From positions 1 to 58,038 of the IMG/VR virus record IMGVR_UViG_3300027892_002924: DNA of 58,038 nt. The stretch is one strand, 5' to 3'. The position numbers and the translations under genes are program-made. Shown in pieces: positions 25,720-34,990 of the stretch; within the stretch, counting starts at the first letter, position 1, and each line of letters begins with the position of its first letter. This DNA comes from a virus. Lineage: Duplodnaviria > Caudoviricetes. The notes beneath the pieces are model-generated. The model saw only the letters and a program-made list of their open reading frames with translations. It had not been told where the DNA came from and ran no database searches.

Positions 25720-26334
25720 GTGGATCCAATCACCATAGGTCTTGCATTCGCCGCCGCACAATCCGCAGTTGGCCATATAAAGCAAGCCATTGCGCTTGGC
25801 AAAGATATCAACAGCTTGGTAGGCCAGTTTAGCAAATTCTTCGAATCGTCGGATTCCATCCATCGCGAACGGATAAAGTTAAAGGCCAAAGCCAATATAC
25901 TGGGCAAAACAGATGCAGAACTAGGACACGAAGCCTTGCAAATTGCCATGCACAGTGATGCTCTGCGTCAAGCAGAGCGTGATCTCAAAGACATGATTCT
26001 TTGGCAGTTGGGCAAGCCGCAGATCTGGGAACAAATGATTGCTGAGCGTAATAGATTGTTCAAGGCACGTGCAGACGCACAACGTGCAGAAGAAGAACGT
26101 GAATTGGCACACAAGAAAAAAGTGGCCGATCAGTTTATTTTCGGCATGTATTTCCTAGCAGGGTCAGTGATTGTGTTTGCAATTGCCATGGGCGGCATTG
26201 GCATTTACGGCCAGATGGAAGAAAAAAGAATATATGAAGAAAAAGTTGCCAAGAGACTTCTGGTCATTCGCCAGCAACAAAAAGAACGTGAAGCTCGTGA
26301 AAAGAAAGAACGAGAAGATTATGCTAAAAATTAA
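25720..26334 (+). CDS. helical protein with C-proximal TM, paralogue of 26660..27487
   Basis: GTG start (MDPITIGLAFAAAQSAV) with AAGGAG SD. Confidence 0.75.
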   Translation: MDPITIGLAFAAAQSAVGHIKQAIALGKDINSLVGQFSKFFESSDSIHRERIKLKAKANILGKTDAELGHEALQIAMHSDALRQAERDLKDMILWQLGKPQIWEQMIAERNRLFKARADAQRAEEERELAHKKKVADQFIFGMYFLAGSVIVFAIAMGGIGIYGQMEEKRIYEEKVAKRLLVIRQQQKEREAREKKEREDYAKN

Positions 26335-26344
26335 AGGATAAGTC

Positions 26345-26464
26345 ATGTACTTCAACATTGTCATCACAACCAACGATCTAATATTCTTTTTATGCATGAT
26401 ACCGTTCCTAATGGTGTTTGGTGTTATGTTCAAAGACTGGTACAATGATAAAGACAGGTATTGA
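26345..26464 (+). CDS. small membrane protein (39 aa)
   Basis: MYFNIVITTNDLIFFLCMIPFLMVFG..; AAGGA SD. Confidence 0.55.
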   Translation: MYFNIVITTNDLIFFLCMIPFLMVFGVMFKDWYNDKDRY

Positions 26465-26470
26465 CTCACT

Positions 26471-26656
26471 ATGTTTGAATGGATCTTAGTACTCGCTCTT
26501 GCCAAAGAACCAGATGTCAAAAAATGGTCAGAGTGGCAGTGTGTCCGATGGACCTGGACCGGAGATGTATACCATCGTCGAGTGATTTGTGTGGAGTGGG
26601 CTAAGAAAGATTGTTCTAATAGATTGTATCCGGAAATATGTAAAAGGGGTGGGTAG
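26471..26656 (+). CDS. small secreted Cys/Trp-rich protein
   Basis: CVRWTWTGDVYHRRVICVEW. Confidence 0.7.
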   Translation: MFEWILVLALAKEPDVKKWSEWQCVRWTWTGDVYHRRVICVEWAKKDCSNRLYPEICKRGG

Positions 26657-26659
26657 ATA

Positions 26660-27487
26660 ATGGATCCGTTAACACTCTTTGCCTTGGCCAACGGGGCTGT
26701 ATCCGCTGTCAAGGCTGGCTGTAAACTCTACAAAGACATCAAGAGTGCCGCTGGTGATGTAAATGATGTTCTCAAAGACCTTGATAAACAATTCCACAAA
26801 ATATATGACACCAAGCCCGGCGGTGCTCCTTCTGCGGCCGTCAAACAGCTCAACGAAGAAAAAGCACGAGTCAAAGAGCTGAATAAAAAAGCCAATTCAG
26901 ATGAACATACTGGTATCTATCAAGAAATTGGTGAACACCTGGGCGCATATTATGACAATCTCTACAAGTGCCTGGCAGTGTTTGAGAATGAAGAACGACG
27001 TAGCAAGACTGAAATTTACACAGGTGATGCCAGCCTGGGCAAACGTGCGCTACAACGTGTGCTGATGAAAAAGCAACTGGAACAGATGGGCACTGAGTTA
27101 CGTGAGATAATGATCTACCAAAGCCCGCCCGAATTGGGTGCATTGTACACCGAAGTTGAGGAAATGATGAAGAAGCTGGGCGTGGAACAAAAAGCCCTTA
27201 TCAACCGACAGATCAACATTGAGCATGCCGCATCAGTCCGGCGTGCCAGACAAATAGCAATACTTAAAAACAGACTCTACGGCGTTGGCGGCATACTTGT
27301 GGTATTGTTATTTTGGATTTTTTGCATGTGGTGGGTGGCGGAAAAACGCATACAAGACTATCCTGAATATGGCACCGGCTTTTTCCCGCGCCTGGTGTCT
27401 GACCATGATCTTATTGTGGCAGAAAGAAATAAAAAATACTGGGATGCAAAAGCCGCTGAATATCGCAATCGTCAAAATACACGATAA
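26660..27487 (+). CDS. helical protein with C-proximal TM
   Basis: MDPLTLFALANGAVSAVKAG; coiled coil then TM. Confidence 0.8.
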   Translation: MDPLTLFALANGAVSAVKAGCKLYKDIKSAAGDVNDVLKDLDKQFHKIYDTKPGGAPSAAVKQLNEEKARVKELNKKANSDEHTGIYQEIGEHLGAYYDNLYKCLAVFENEERRSKTEIYTGDASLGKRALQRVLMKKQLEQMGTELREIMIYQSPPELGALYTEVEEMMKKLGVEQKALINRQINIEHAASVRRARQIAILKNRLYGVGGILVVLLFWIFCMWWVAEKRIQDYPEYGTGFFPRLVSDHDLIVAERNKKYWDAKAAEYRNRQNTR

Positions 27488-27511
27488 GAACAAACAGTGT
27501 AATAAGAAAAT

Positions 27512-28348
27512 TTAATCTATTATAAGCCAGTACCAGTTGCCCCAACGACGCACTTCCTTGGGTTCATCATCTGGAGTTAAGTCGTCAATCTGGCTTAAAA
27601 ATTCTGCTTCGGGTATACGTGTTTGCGTGTTTTTACTTCCCAGTACCACAACAACTCTACGACCCCGATCAGTGTCCATTAGCATCACAATGCACCCACC
27701 ACTTTTAGTAGTCCATCCTGTTTTACTAACCTGTATCATGTGTTTGTCGCCAATCAGTGGATTGGTGTTACGACCCCGAAACCAATGTTTTTTGATTTTA
27801 ACTTTAACCTGACTCAGCTGGCTGGCAGCAACTATTTCAGGATATTTTATTGATTCTAGTGCCAGTTTTATTAAATCTGTTGCTGTGCTAACATTACGAT
27901 CATCTAGTCCAGTTGGATCAAACATTTTAGTTTGTGACATTCCCAGTGCTGCTACCTTATGATTCATTGCAACAATACATTTACTATAACCGCCGGGAAA
28001 AGTATCACATAATAACTTTGCGGCTCGGTTGTCACTGCGTACTATTGCTAATTCAATCAACTGACGACGAGTACTTTCATCGTAAGGTGTTGAAATTTCT
28101 TTTGTTTTTTTCTTCCGTGTTGTTTTTGTTTTGATAGACAACGGAGTATCCAATGGTGCGCGGCTGTCTAATACTGTTATCACCGTGACCAATTTAGTTA
28201 TGCTGGCCACACTGCGTACTGCGCTGGTATTTTCGCCAGCAATAACTTTGCCTTCACTGTTTGCTACCAGCCAGCTTTTAGCAGTGACTGGTTGTGCATC
28301 AATCAGTGATGAGAAGACTAGGACTAATATACATAGCAATACACGCAT
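27512..28348 (-). CDS. D-Ala-D-Ala carboxy/endopeptidase (peptidase S11, PBP7-like)
   Basis: Signal peptide; SxxK (ASITK), SxN (SDN), KTG. Confidence 0.9.
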   Translation of the reverse strand: MRVLLCILVLVFSSLIDAQPVTAKSWLVANSEGKVIAGENTSAVRSVASITKLVTVITVLDSRAPLDTPLSIKTKTTRKKKTKEISTPYDESTRRQLIELAIVRSDNRAAKLLCDTFPGGYSKCIVAMNHKVAALGMSQTKMFDPTGLDDRNVSTATDLIKLALESIKYPEIVAASQLSQVKVKIKKHWFRGRNTNPLIGDKHMIQVSKTGWTTKSGGCIVMLMDTDRGRRVVVVLGSKNTQTRIPEAEFLSQIDDLTPDDEPKEVRRWGNWYWLIID

Positions 28349-28360
28349 GACGGATCCAAT

Positions 28361-29266
28361 TTAGTTGAAATACTTATGCAATCGTTGTGTGTTTGGTTCT
28401 AGTCCGCGGTCTCTTAATCTGCTGACAACTTTTTCTAATTGTTCAGTTGTAAGGTCATCCCACGCACGATGGTTAATTGACATCCAGGCCAAAAATATAG
28501 TATCATGGTCTAGCATGGATAAAAACTGTGTTACTTCATTAGAAAAGTTAGCTGAGTCGCGCAAATAAGCCACTGCCCAATCCTTGGCCTTATAATGAAA
28601 TTTATCAAACCCACCCTGCTTGTGTACCCAATGATGATACAACATGTATTCACTCTTGCCCGACAGGCTATGGAACCATTTTGAAAAATTACGAAGTCCA
28701 CCATTGTACGCTATCAATTCTTTCACTAGATTGGTATGTAAAAATATTGGTGTACAATGAGACATAGTATCATCAGCTGGGTCTGCTATTTCAACGTCAA
28801 GAGCTTGTTTGTAGGTATTCCAGGTCTGCATGGGCATCACGAACCCACCTGTTCGATATGGTACTTTATTATCTTTTATTGGAAAAACTTTGTATCGCCA
28901 TTTTTTGTATAAAAAATTCTGGGTATCCAGTGACAGGTATGCAGTTGAATTTAGCTTTTCAGCAATGGCTAACTTTAATATCTGTTGGTCGTCCCATCCG
29001 CCCCATTTTCCAGCTTTGTCGGATGCAGTTAAAAAATCAAAATCATCATGATACAGTACTGTTAGATTGTGTCTATCATACAAATGTCTTATCTGCAGAT
29101 TAAATATCTGCGTCCATGACTGCGGATATTTTTCATTGACAATGATATAGATATCTGTGGGATCTGCCAGGTGCTCTCTCATGCTTTGAGCCTGTAGCTC
29201 TAGCATGGGCCAGTGACGAAAGCAGGTTACTACCACCAGTGGAAAATTTTCAAATTGCAAATTCAT
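28361..29266 (-). CDS. glycosyltransferase-like protein (DUF6492-like)
   Basis: GWDDQQILKLA, YLSLDT, TPIFL, SEY.LY. Confidence 0.6.
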   Translation of the reverse strand: MNLQFENFPLVVVTCFRHWPMLELQAQSMREHLADPTDIYIIVNEKYPQSWTQIFNLQIRHLYDRHNLTVLYHDDFDFLTASDKAGKWGGWDDQQILKLAIAEKLNSTAYLSLDTQNFLYKKWRYKVFPIKDNKVPYRTGGFVMPMQTWNTYKQALDVEIADPADDTMSHCTPIFLHTNLVKELIAYNGGLRNFSKWFHSLSGKSEYMLYHHWVHKQGGFDKFHYKAKDWAVAYLRDSANFSNEVTQFLSMLDHDTIFLAWMSINHRAWDDLTTEQLEKVVSRLRDRGLEPNTQRLHKYFN

Positions 29267-29284
29267 GCATGTATTTAATGTTAT

Positions 29285-29425
29285 CTATTTAGAGGATTTA
29301 GGTTTGCTTGAGGTTTGTTTGGCTTCTTCCATTGCACGGTCACTTGCTGGACTGCTACGATATGGTTGAGTATGATGCTTGGGTAAGGGTGGGTGTTTTG
29401 GAGGTTTGTGTTTGAACCAACTCAT
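29285..29425 (-). CDS. small basic hypothetical protein (46 aa)
   Basis: MSWFKHKPPKHPP..; AAGGAG SD. Confidence 0.5.
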   Translation of the reverse strand: MSWFKHKPPKHPPLPKHHTQPYRSSPASDRAMEEAKQTSSKPKSSK

Positions 29426-29445
29426 CTATTGCTCCTTTTGTTAAT

Positions 29446-29793
29446 CTATTTAATTATTATATATCCTATGGACAATCCTATACAAAAACTCACAGTTGAT
29501 GAAAATAAAGTTGTCACAGCAAAGTACAAGTTGTTTTCTACTATGTCAATGAGTTTGAATGGTGGATCCAGTACATGTTCAGCATGAACATGTACTGGTA
29601 TGGGATGAAATATCTCCCAGATTTCTGTATATGATTTATTGCTAGGATCAGTTAGTATTGCTTCACCGCCCTCAATCTTAACCAATGCAAATTCATTGAC
29701 ATTGAATAAAGATTCTTTTATTGGGTAGATTTCTTTACCATCCACTGACAAAAACAATCCTTTTGTGTTCGACTGTATTCGGTGTGTTTTCAT
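29446..29793 (-). CDS. hypothetical protein with C-terminal TM
   Basis: ORF downstream of TAAATA. Confidence 0.6.
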   Translation of the reverse strand: MKTHRIQSNTKGLFLSVDGKEIYPIKESLFNVNEFALVKIEGGEAILTDPSNKSYTEIWEIFHPIPVHVHAEHVLDPPFKLIDIVENNLYFAVTTLFSSTVSFCIGLSIGYIIIK

Positions 29794-29826
29794 GATTTTC
29801 TTCTTCCTCTTCCCAATGTATTTACA

Positions 29827-30579
29827 TCAGTTTTGGGCTCTGCGTTGACCTTTTAATCCAGCATTTTTTAATATGCTAGACAATTCTGTAGATTCATCGA
29901 GATTAATTGGTTTCCCACCAATGGTGACTCGAATTACCCTATCTGCTGCCCGAGCAGGAAGTTCTTTTTTTATATCAGCTATTGCTTGTTCGATCTTGGA
30001 TCGAAGTTGTCCGGCAAGAACTTGTCGTTGATCAAACGATATACTGGATTGTACATCATATGGATTTTTTGGATTCACTGCTGATATAACCACTTCGTTA
30101 GCATCTCTGTCAGCTTTACCTTTTTTCCACTCAGCATCTTTTTCCTGTTGGGCCCGTGCCGCGGCATTGCCTTCTGGAGAATTGTCCCAGCGTTCCATAT
30201 CCTTTTTATATTCAGCATAGATATCGTTAGCAACATTAAATCCTTGATCTTCAAGATATCCAGTTATGTCATCTTGAATAAAGTCATCAATGCTCATGTA
30301 TGCTTCTCTACCGGCTTCCATGCCTTTGCTCAAAAATGCTTTTGCTATTTGATCTATGTCAGCGGCGTCGCTGTCATTTTGTGATGTTGAGTCAGATCTA
30401 ACATCAACACCATCGGCACTGATGTCTGAGTTGCCGTCAGCATATAAATCTGCAAATTTTTGTATTGCTACACCGTAGGCGTATGGGCTGTTGCTGTCAT
30501 CACCGCCCGGGGCAAATTCATTTAAATCCCTTGCAAAATTTTGCTCTGCTTCATTAACGTATTCTTTGAAAGTTTTCAT
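29827..30579 (-). CDS. putative internal head protein
   Basis: Leader MKTFKEYVNE resembles T4 capsid targeting sequence MKTYQEFIAE; shares a domain with the polyproteins. Confidence 0.7.
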   Translation of the reverse strand: MKTFKEYVNEAEQNFARDLNEFAPGGDDSNSPYAYGVAIQKFADLYADGNSDISADGVDVRSDSTSQNDSDAADIDQIAKAFLSKGMEAGREAYMSIDDFIQDDITGYLEDQGFNVANDIYAEYKKDMERWDNSPEGNAAARAQQEKDAEWKKGKADRDANEVVISAVNPKNPYDVQSSISFDQRQVLAGQLRSKIEQAIADIKKELPARAADRVIRVTIGGKPINLDESTELSSILKNAGLKGQRRAQN

Positions 30580-30597
30580 GATATCAAAAACTCTGTA

Positions 30598-30894
30598 CTA
30601 TACTGGAGTACCAAACATGGATTCAGCGTTAGTGCCTACTCCTAGTACACATGCAACCTGTTTGTTGTATTTGATCAAAGTCCAGGTGTTCTGTTTGGTG
30701 TTTTCAAACAACATAAACCTTGAACCGTCTCCAACGTCTTGTCCGGCCCAGACTGGTCTCTCACCGAATTTTTGTGTGATGCTTTCCAGCACCGTTTCAA
30801 GTTTGTCGCACAGTGATGGGTGCTGGTATTGAAATGCCTGGGCGTTGGCTACGCTGTGTAAGCAGAATAGGAACGCCATCATTAGCTTGTGCAT
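30598..30894 (-). CDS. secreted hypothetical protein
   Basis: Signal peptide; C..FGE.P..N..TWTL..C. Confidence 0.75.
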   Translation of the reverse strand: MHKLMMAFLFCLHSVANAQAFQYQHPSLCDKLETVLESITQKFGERPVWAGQDVGDGSRFMLFENTKQNTWTLIKYNKQVACVLGVGTNAESMFGTPV

Positions 30895-30950
30895 AATGGC
30901 TCCTTAAAACAGTATTTATAGAAATTGACCTGTTTTGTAAGCCGCTATCG

Positions 30951-31298
30951 CTATTGTTCAGTCAGGTTCTCAGATATTGAGAATCTTGTACTACCAGTAT
31001 CAGTACAACGAGACATTATGATTTCATAAAAACTATCTAGCTCGCCGCCAAATTTTCCTAAAAGATCCGGAATAATACTCATGCAAGTATCAGTCTGATT
31101 ATCTCTTATTGCAGATACCAGCTGTTCGTGCAAGGATACATTGTATTCTAGTGTGGCCATTTCCATTGCAATATGTTCAACTGGCACTACACAAAATGCC
31201 TCTAAGGTCTGGTCATTTACTGTGATTGCTTCCAGTTCAAGTACTGTGTACTTTTCACGCAGTTGATCTGCGGTAACTCTATTAAACACTATTTGCAT
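30951..31298 (-). CDS. conserved hypothetical protein
   Basis: KYTVLELE..GKFGGELDSFY. Confidence 0.75.
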   Translation of the reverse strand: MQIVFNRVTADQLREKYTVLELEAITVNDQTLEAFCVVPVEHIAMEMATLEYNVSLHEQLVSAIRDNQTDTCMSIIPDLLGKFGGELDSFYEIIMSRCTDTGSTRFSISENLTEQ

Positions 31299-31498
31299 TA
31301 CATTCTCTCCACTTTCCAGTTTTTGGCAGCACTGTCTTGGACTTTTTGAAGTTGTTCTGTTGCCAGTTGTTCAACACAGGCTTTTATGTGTTCTAGTTTG
31401 GTATCTTTGATTTCTTGTATGTCTTCTTCAATGAAACGAACTTTCATTGCCAGAGCACGTAGTTCACTCATTAGTTCTTGGAATTGTTCATCACTCAT
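31298..31498 (-). CDS. coiled-coil hypothetical protein
   Basis: Translationally coupled at both ends. Confidence 0.7.
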   Translation of the reverse strand: MSDEQFQELMSELRALAMKVRFIEEDIQEIKDTKLEHIKACVEQLATEQLQKVQDSAAKNWKVERM

Positions 31499-32049
31499 GC
31501 GTGGGATCTTTCTCGGGGATTGGGTACTCTTGCTTGTTTGTATATATGCTGAACACCAAGTGCTTGATAATAACAGTCCATTAGAGCATTGTGTGCGGCT
31601 TTACGATCTTTTTCTCGTGGATCGCCGTGTGTGCCAAACAGTGTACGGCTGTCACGAATCTGCCAGAACTGCCAGGGTGTGGGCTTGCTCAGCTGGCGAT
31701 ATAAATTTTCAAGTATAACAATGTCAAATGCAGGACCCTGACACCAGATGTTTTCTACCCCAACCAAGAACTTGTTGAGATCACGAGTCATAGTATCAAG
31801 GCTAACACGATTGCTTTCGCCAAGAGCTTCTTCACGCACAGATTCTTCTTGCTTGCCCCACCACTCAATTGTGGATTCTAGTACATGTCGATCCAGCACA
31901 AGTTGTTCGTCAACATTCACACGATGGTACAAACCATTCTCAGTTTCTACATCATTGCCCCATGGATCAAACTTAACAGCACCAATGGTAAGTATCACAC
32001 TCTCAGGGCGTGTGCTCAGAGTTTCTAGGTCCAGCATTACATCAGCCAT
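31495..32049 (-). CDS. DEDDh 3'-5' exonuclease (RNase AS/DexA-like)
   Basis: MLDLETL, FDIVIL, RDSRT, HNALMD. Confidence 0.88.
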   Translation of the reverse strand: MADVMLDLETLSTRPESVILTIGAVKFDPWGNDVETENGLYHRVNVDEQLVLDRHVLESTIEWWGKQEESVREEALGESNRVSLDTMTRDLNKFLVGVENIWCQGPAFDIVILENLYRQLSKPTPWQFWQIRDSRTLFGTHGDPREKDRKAAHNALMDCYYQALGVQHIYKQARVPNPRERSHA

Positions 32050-32050
32050 A

Positions 32051-32368
32051 TTAAGCCTCTGGCTCTAGTTTAACTTGAAGTGGAAATCCGTTGTTACGGG
32101 CCAGCACCGTGACTTCGATGCCTTTTTGTTCTGCTAACTCATATGGAAGAACAGCAACCACGCCAGATCCTTCTTGATGGATCTGCATGGTTAGATTTTG
32201 TGCGCGATCTTCTTCATATTCAAATACATTTTTTAGAACCTCAACAATAAATTCCATGGTGGTAATTTCATCATTGATAAAGAGTACCTTAAACATGCGA
32301 GGTTCATGAATGTTTAGTTTTGGTTCAATTTTAAGATTGTTTTGTGTTTTAGTAAGTGTCTCTGCCAT
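32051..32368 (-). CDS. clpS: ClpS N-degron adaptor
   Basis: FKVLFINDEITTMEFIVEVL..IHQEG..AEQK..FPL. Confidence 0.92.
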   Translation of the reverse strand: MAETLTKTQNNLKIEPKLNIHEPRMFKVLFINDEITTMEFIVEVLKNVFEYEEDRAQNLTMQIHQEGSGVVAVLPYELAEQKGIEVTVLARNNGFPLQVKLEPEA

Positions 32369-32408
32369 TTTATCCTCGCTATAGTAGACTGCTGTTGTAG
32401 CAGTCTAC

Positions 32409-32437
32409 ATTATACTACATTAGAGTTTATTTTGCAA
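32409..32437 (-). promoter_or_regulatory. sigma70-type promoter for clpS, followed by a 10-bp leader hairpin (32384-32408)
   Basis: TTGCAA-17-TATAAT; GTAGACTGCT/AGCAGTCTAC inverted repeat. Confidence 0.55.
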
Positions 32438-32861
32438 ACGTAATGGCAATTTTCTTAGGCTTGTCTTCTTCTGGAACGATGTGTTCCAAAGACACAGTAA
32501 GAATACCATTTTTCACAGTGGCTCCACGAACTTCCATGTTATCGCCCAGTGGCCATGTGCGCTCAAAATTGCGTCCACTGATGCCACGATGTAGATATTC
32601 TTCATCACCATCATCGCGTCTGCGTTCGCCACGCACGGTCAGCATACGACCTTCAAGAGCCACATCCAGTTCTTCTTCTGCAAAGCCGGCCACAGCTACT
32701 TCAATTCGAAATAGGTTATCGCCTGTGCGTATTACATTGTGGGGTGGATAGTTGTCCTGTTTGGCTGCTGTTGTGAAAGTACGATTGAGTTCTTCAAACA
32801 GTTGATCGTAGCCGATAAAGCGACGATGCAGGGCAGGAATGTCTAATAGATAGGTTGTCAT
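32427..32861 (-). CDS. small heat shock protein Hsp20 (IbpA-like)
   Basis: NYPPHN, EVAVAGF, YLHRGIS.R.F, NGIL. Confidence 0.95.
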   Translation of the reverse strand: MTTYLLDIPALHRRFIGYDQLFEELNRTFTTAAKQDNYPPHNVIRTGDNLFRIEVAVAGFAEEELDVALEGRMLTVRGERRRDDGDEEYLHRGISGRNFERTWPLGDNMEVRGATVKNGILTVSLEHIVPEEDKPKKIAITFAK

Positions 32862-32944
32862 TTTATTTCTCCTTTAAGCAAATATGACTGCAAGACCCCG
32901 GAGGCATCTTACAAATATATTTATACGCTCTATTCCAGGAGTTG

Positions 32945-33202
32945 TCAAGATCTGCCATGTCCGTCTGGATAGATAACGGTGTATTGTGTCCAATATTGGT
33001 TATCTGGGTTCCAGCTAAGTTGGAAAAAAGAATAATCTTTTTCAGACTCTAGAGATAGCCTTAGGGTATATTTTACTATTTTTGTCTTGTAACTGATGTT
33101 GTATTTTTTTGCCCACGTTTCGATGTTGTGATGCAAAGATAGAGACGAATAACCTGCGGCCATTCCGCCTGCACCAGATGACAACAGGAATTCAATATAC
33201 AT
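32945..33202 (-). CDS. hypothetical protein
   Basis: TGATG coupling to rpsU. Confidence 0.7.
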   Translation of the reverse strand: MYIEFLLSSGAGGMAAGYSSLSLHHNIETWAKKYNISYKTKIVKYTLRLSLESEKDYSFFQLSWNPDNQYWTQYTVIYPDGHGRS

Positions 33203-33444
33203 CAGTATAGTTTTTTAGGCAATGCTTCTGCTTCGAGTTTTTTCTGCCAACGTCGACGAGCTTGGCTTTTTGCTTTTTTACGAGCAGCAGTGGGTTTTTC
33301 GTAAAACTCTCGTTCACGTAGTTCTTGAAGCAGACCGCTGTCTTGGACTTTCTTTTTAAACTTGCGCAGAGCTTTGTCAACTTGGTCGTTGACTACAAAA
33401 ACTCTGTTGCCAGGCGCTATTGGTCTGTTTTTATCTTTGATCAT
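33202..33444 (-). CDS. rpsU: ribosomal protein bS21
   Basis: VDKALRKFKKKV..G.L.ELREREFYEKPT..RKK. Confidence 0.92.
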   Translation of the reverse strand: MIKDKNRPIAPGNRVFVVNDQVDKALRKFKKKVQDSGLLQELREREFYEKPTAARKKAKSQARRRWQKKLEAEALPKKLY

Positions 33445-34646
33445 TTAATATATTCCGGTTCCTGTTGGTTTGTAATTACTTCGCTATTGATGCGTATTTT
33501 ACTTATACCTTGACGCTTTAGTGTATGTAAAGAATACATGGTTTTCATCAACACTTGGTCAATGATGCTTTTGAGTCCACGAGCGCCAATATCTCGCTCT
33601 ACTGCGGTTTGAGCTATTGCTAATATTGCTGTGTCTTCAAATTCTAATTCTATGTCATCCGTAGAAAAATACCATTTGGTTTGTTCTATTAGATTGTTTT
33701 TGGGTTCTACCAGTATCCGAGCCAGATCTTCTAGCGTCAGAGGATTGATTTTAACTGTGACAGGAAATCTTCCAACAAACTCTGGTATCATTCCAAATTT
33801 TATAAAATCTTCTGGCAAGGTAGTTTTTGTTTTATGGTCAGCTGATCTAGCTTGTGTTGTGAAACCCATACCAGAATAATTTTGTCTTTCGTCGAGAATT
33901 TTTTCCAGCCCTTCAAAACTGCCACCAGCAATGAACAAGATGTTGCTGGTATCAATTTCTACTGTGTCCAGTGCAGGATGCTTCTTGGTAGTGTTTACAC
34001 TAACAGTGCATTTTGTGCCTTCTACTAATTTGAGCAGGGCTTGTTGTACACCTTCGCCGCCAACATCTCGATGCAGGCTTGCGCTCTCGCTCTTGCGACC
34101 AATCTTGTCTATTTCATCAATAAAGATAATTCCTTGTTGGCATTTTTCAACATCATTATCGGCAGCACTTAACAGTCTTGAAATTACACTTTCAACATCA
34201 TCACCGACATAGCCTGCTTGTGTGAGGGTGGTAGCATCTGCAATCACAAATGGCACATTAAGATATCGTGCTACAGTTTTTGCCAGCAGTGTTTTACCAG
34301 ATCCTGTTGTGCCGTGAAATAACAAATTACTTTTTTCTATTTCAATACTGGGTTGAAAGAACACTCGCTTGTAATGATTTACCACTGCAACAGATAGTGC
34401 AGTCTTTGCGTCCTCTTGGCCAATCACATATTCATCAAGGTACTTTTTTATTTTAACAGGGTCAAGAGATTTGGCTATTTTTTTATCTGACTGTAGATTC
34501 TTAATACGTTCTTTGCTTAAGATGTCTCCGCAGAACTCAATGCATTCATTACAGATGCCTGCATCGTTGGCCACAATCAGCTTGTCTACTTCGTTGCGAT
34601 TTTTGCCGCAGAAGTTACACAGCACGTGAGTGATATTGTCTGTCAT
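33441..34646 (-). CDS. clpX: ClpX ATPase
   Basis: C4 zinc domain, Walker A GTTGSGKT, GYVG pore loop, IFIDEIDK, GEGVQQALLK, MGF loop, GARGL. Confidence 0.95.
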   Translation of the reverse strand: MTDNITHVLCNFCGKNRNEVDKLIVANDAGICNECIEFCGDILSKERIKNLQSDKKIAKSLDPVKIKKYLDEYVIGQEDAKTALSVAVVNHYKRVFFQPSIEIEKSNLLFHGTTGSGKTLLAKTVARYLNVPFVIADATTLTQAGYVGDDVESVISRLLSAADNDVEKCQQGIIFIDEIDKIGRKSESASLHRDVGGEGVQQALLKLVEGTKCTVSVNTTKKHPALDTVEIDTSNILFIAGGSFEGLEKILDERQNYSGMGFTTQARSADHKTKTTLPEDFIKFGMIPEFVGRFPVTVKINPLTLEDLARILVEPKNNLIEQTKWYFSTDDIELEFEDTAILAIAQTAVERDIGARGLKSIIDQVLMKTMYSLHTLKRQGISKIRINSEVITNQQEPEYIK

Positions 34647-34990
34647 TGATTTTTAAAGTATTCGATTAGGTCTGCTATTTGTCTGGTGTTGCCTAGATAA
34701 CGATGCGGGCCATAGTACCAGGTTCTTGAATCTTTGATCAGTTTGTTTTTTGTTGGTGTACAAGCACTGTCTTGAGTATTGATAATAATCACATGAGCTA
34801 GACCAATCGCAGACTCTAGCCATTCAGGCTCCATCATGACATCTGTGTACACATAGATGTTATAGGTTTTTGCAGTGTTTTGCAACCATAGAGACAGTGT
34901 ATCAACATCGTTCCAGTCTGGGTCAATAATCAGTATCTGCGTGGTCTCATCGTTGATGAAATCGGGTGGTGTGATTATGTTACTATGCAT
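34643..34990 (-). CDS. conserved hypothetical protein
   Basis: IITPPD motif; coupled ORF. Confidence 0.75.
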   Translation of the reverse strand: MHSNIITPPDFINDETTQILIIDPDWNDVDTLSLWLQNTAKTYNIYVYTDVMMEPEWLESAIGLAHVIIINTQDSACTPTKNKLIKDSRTWYYGPHRYLGNTRQIADLIEYFKNQ

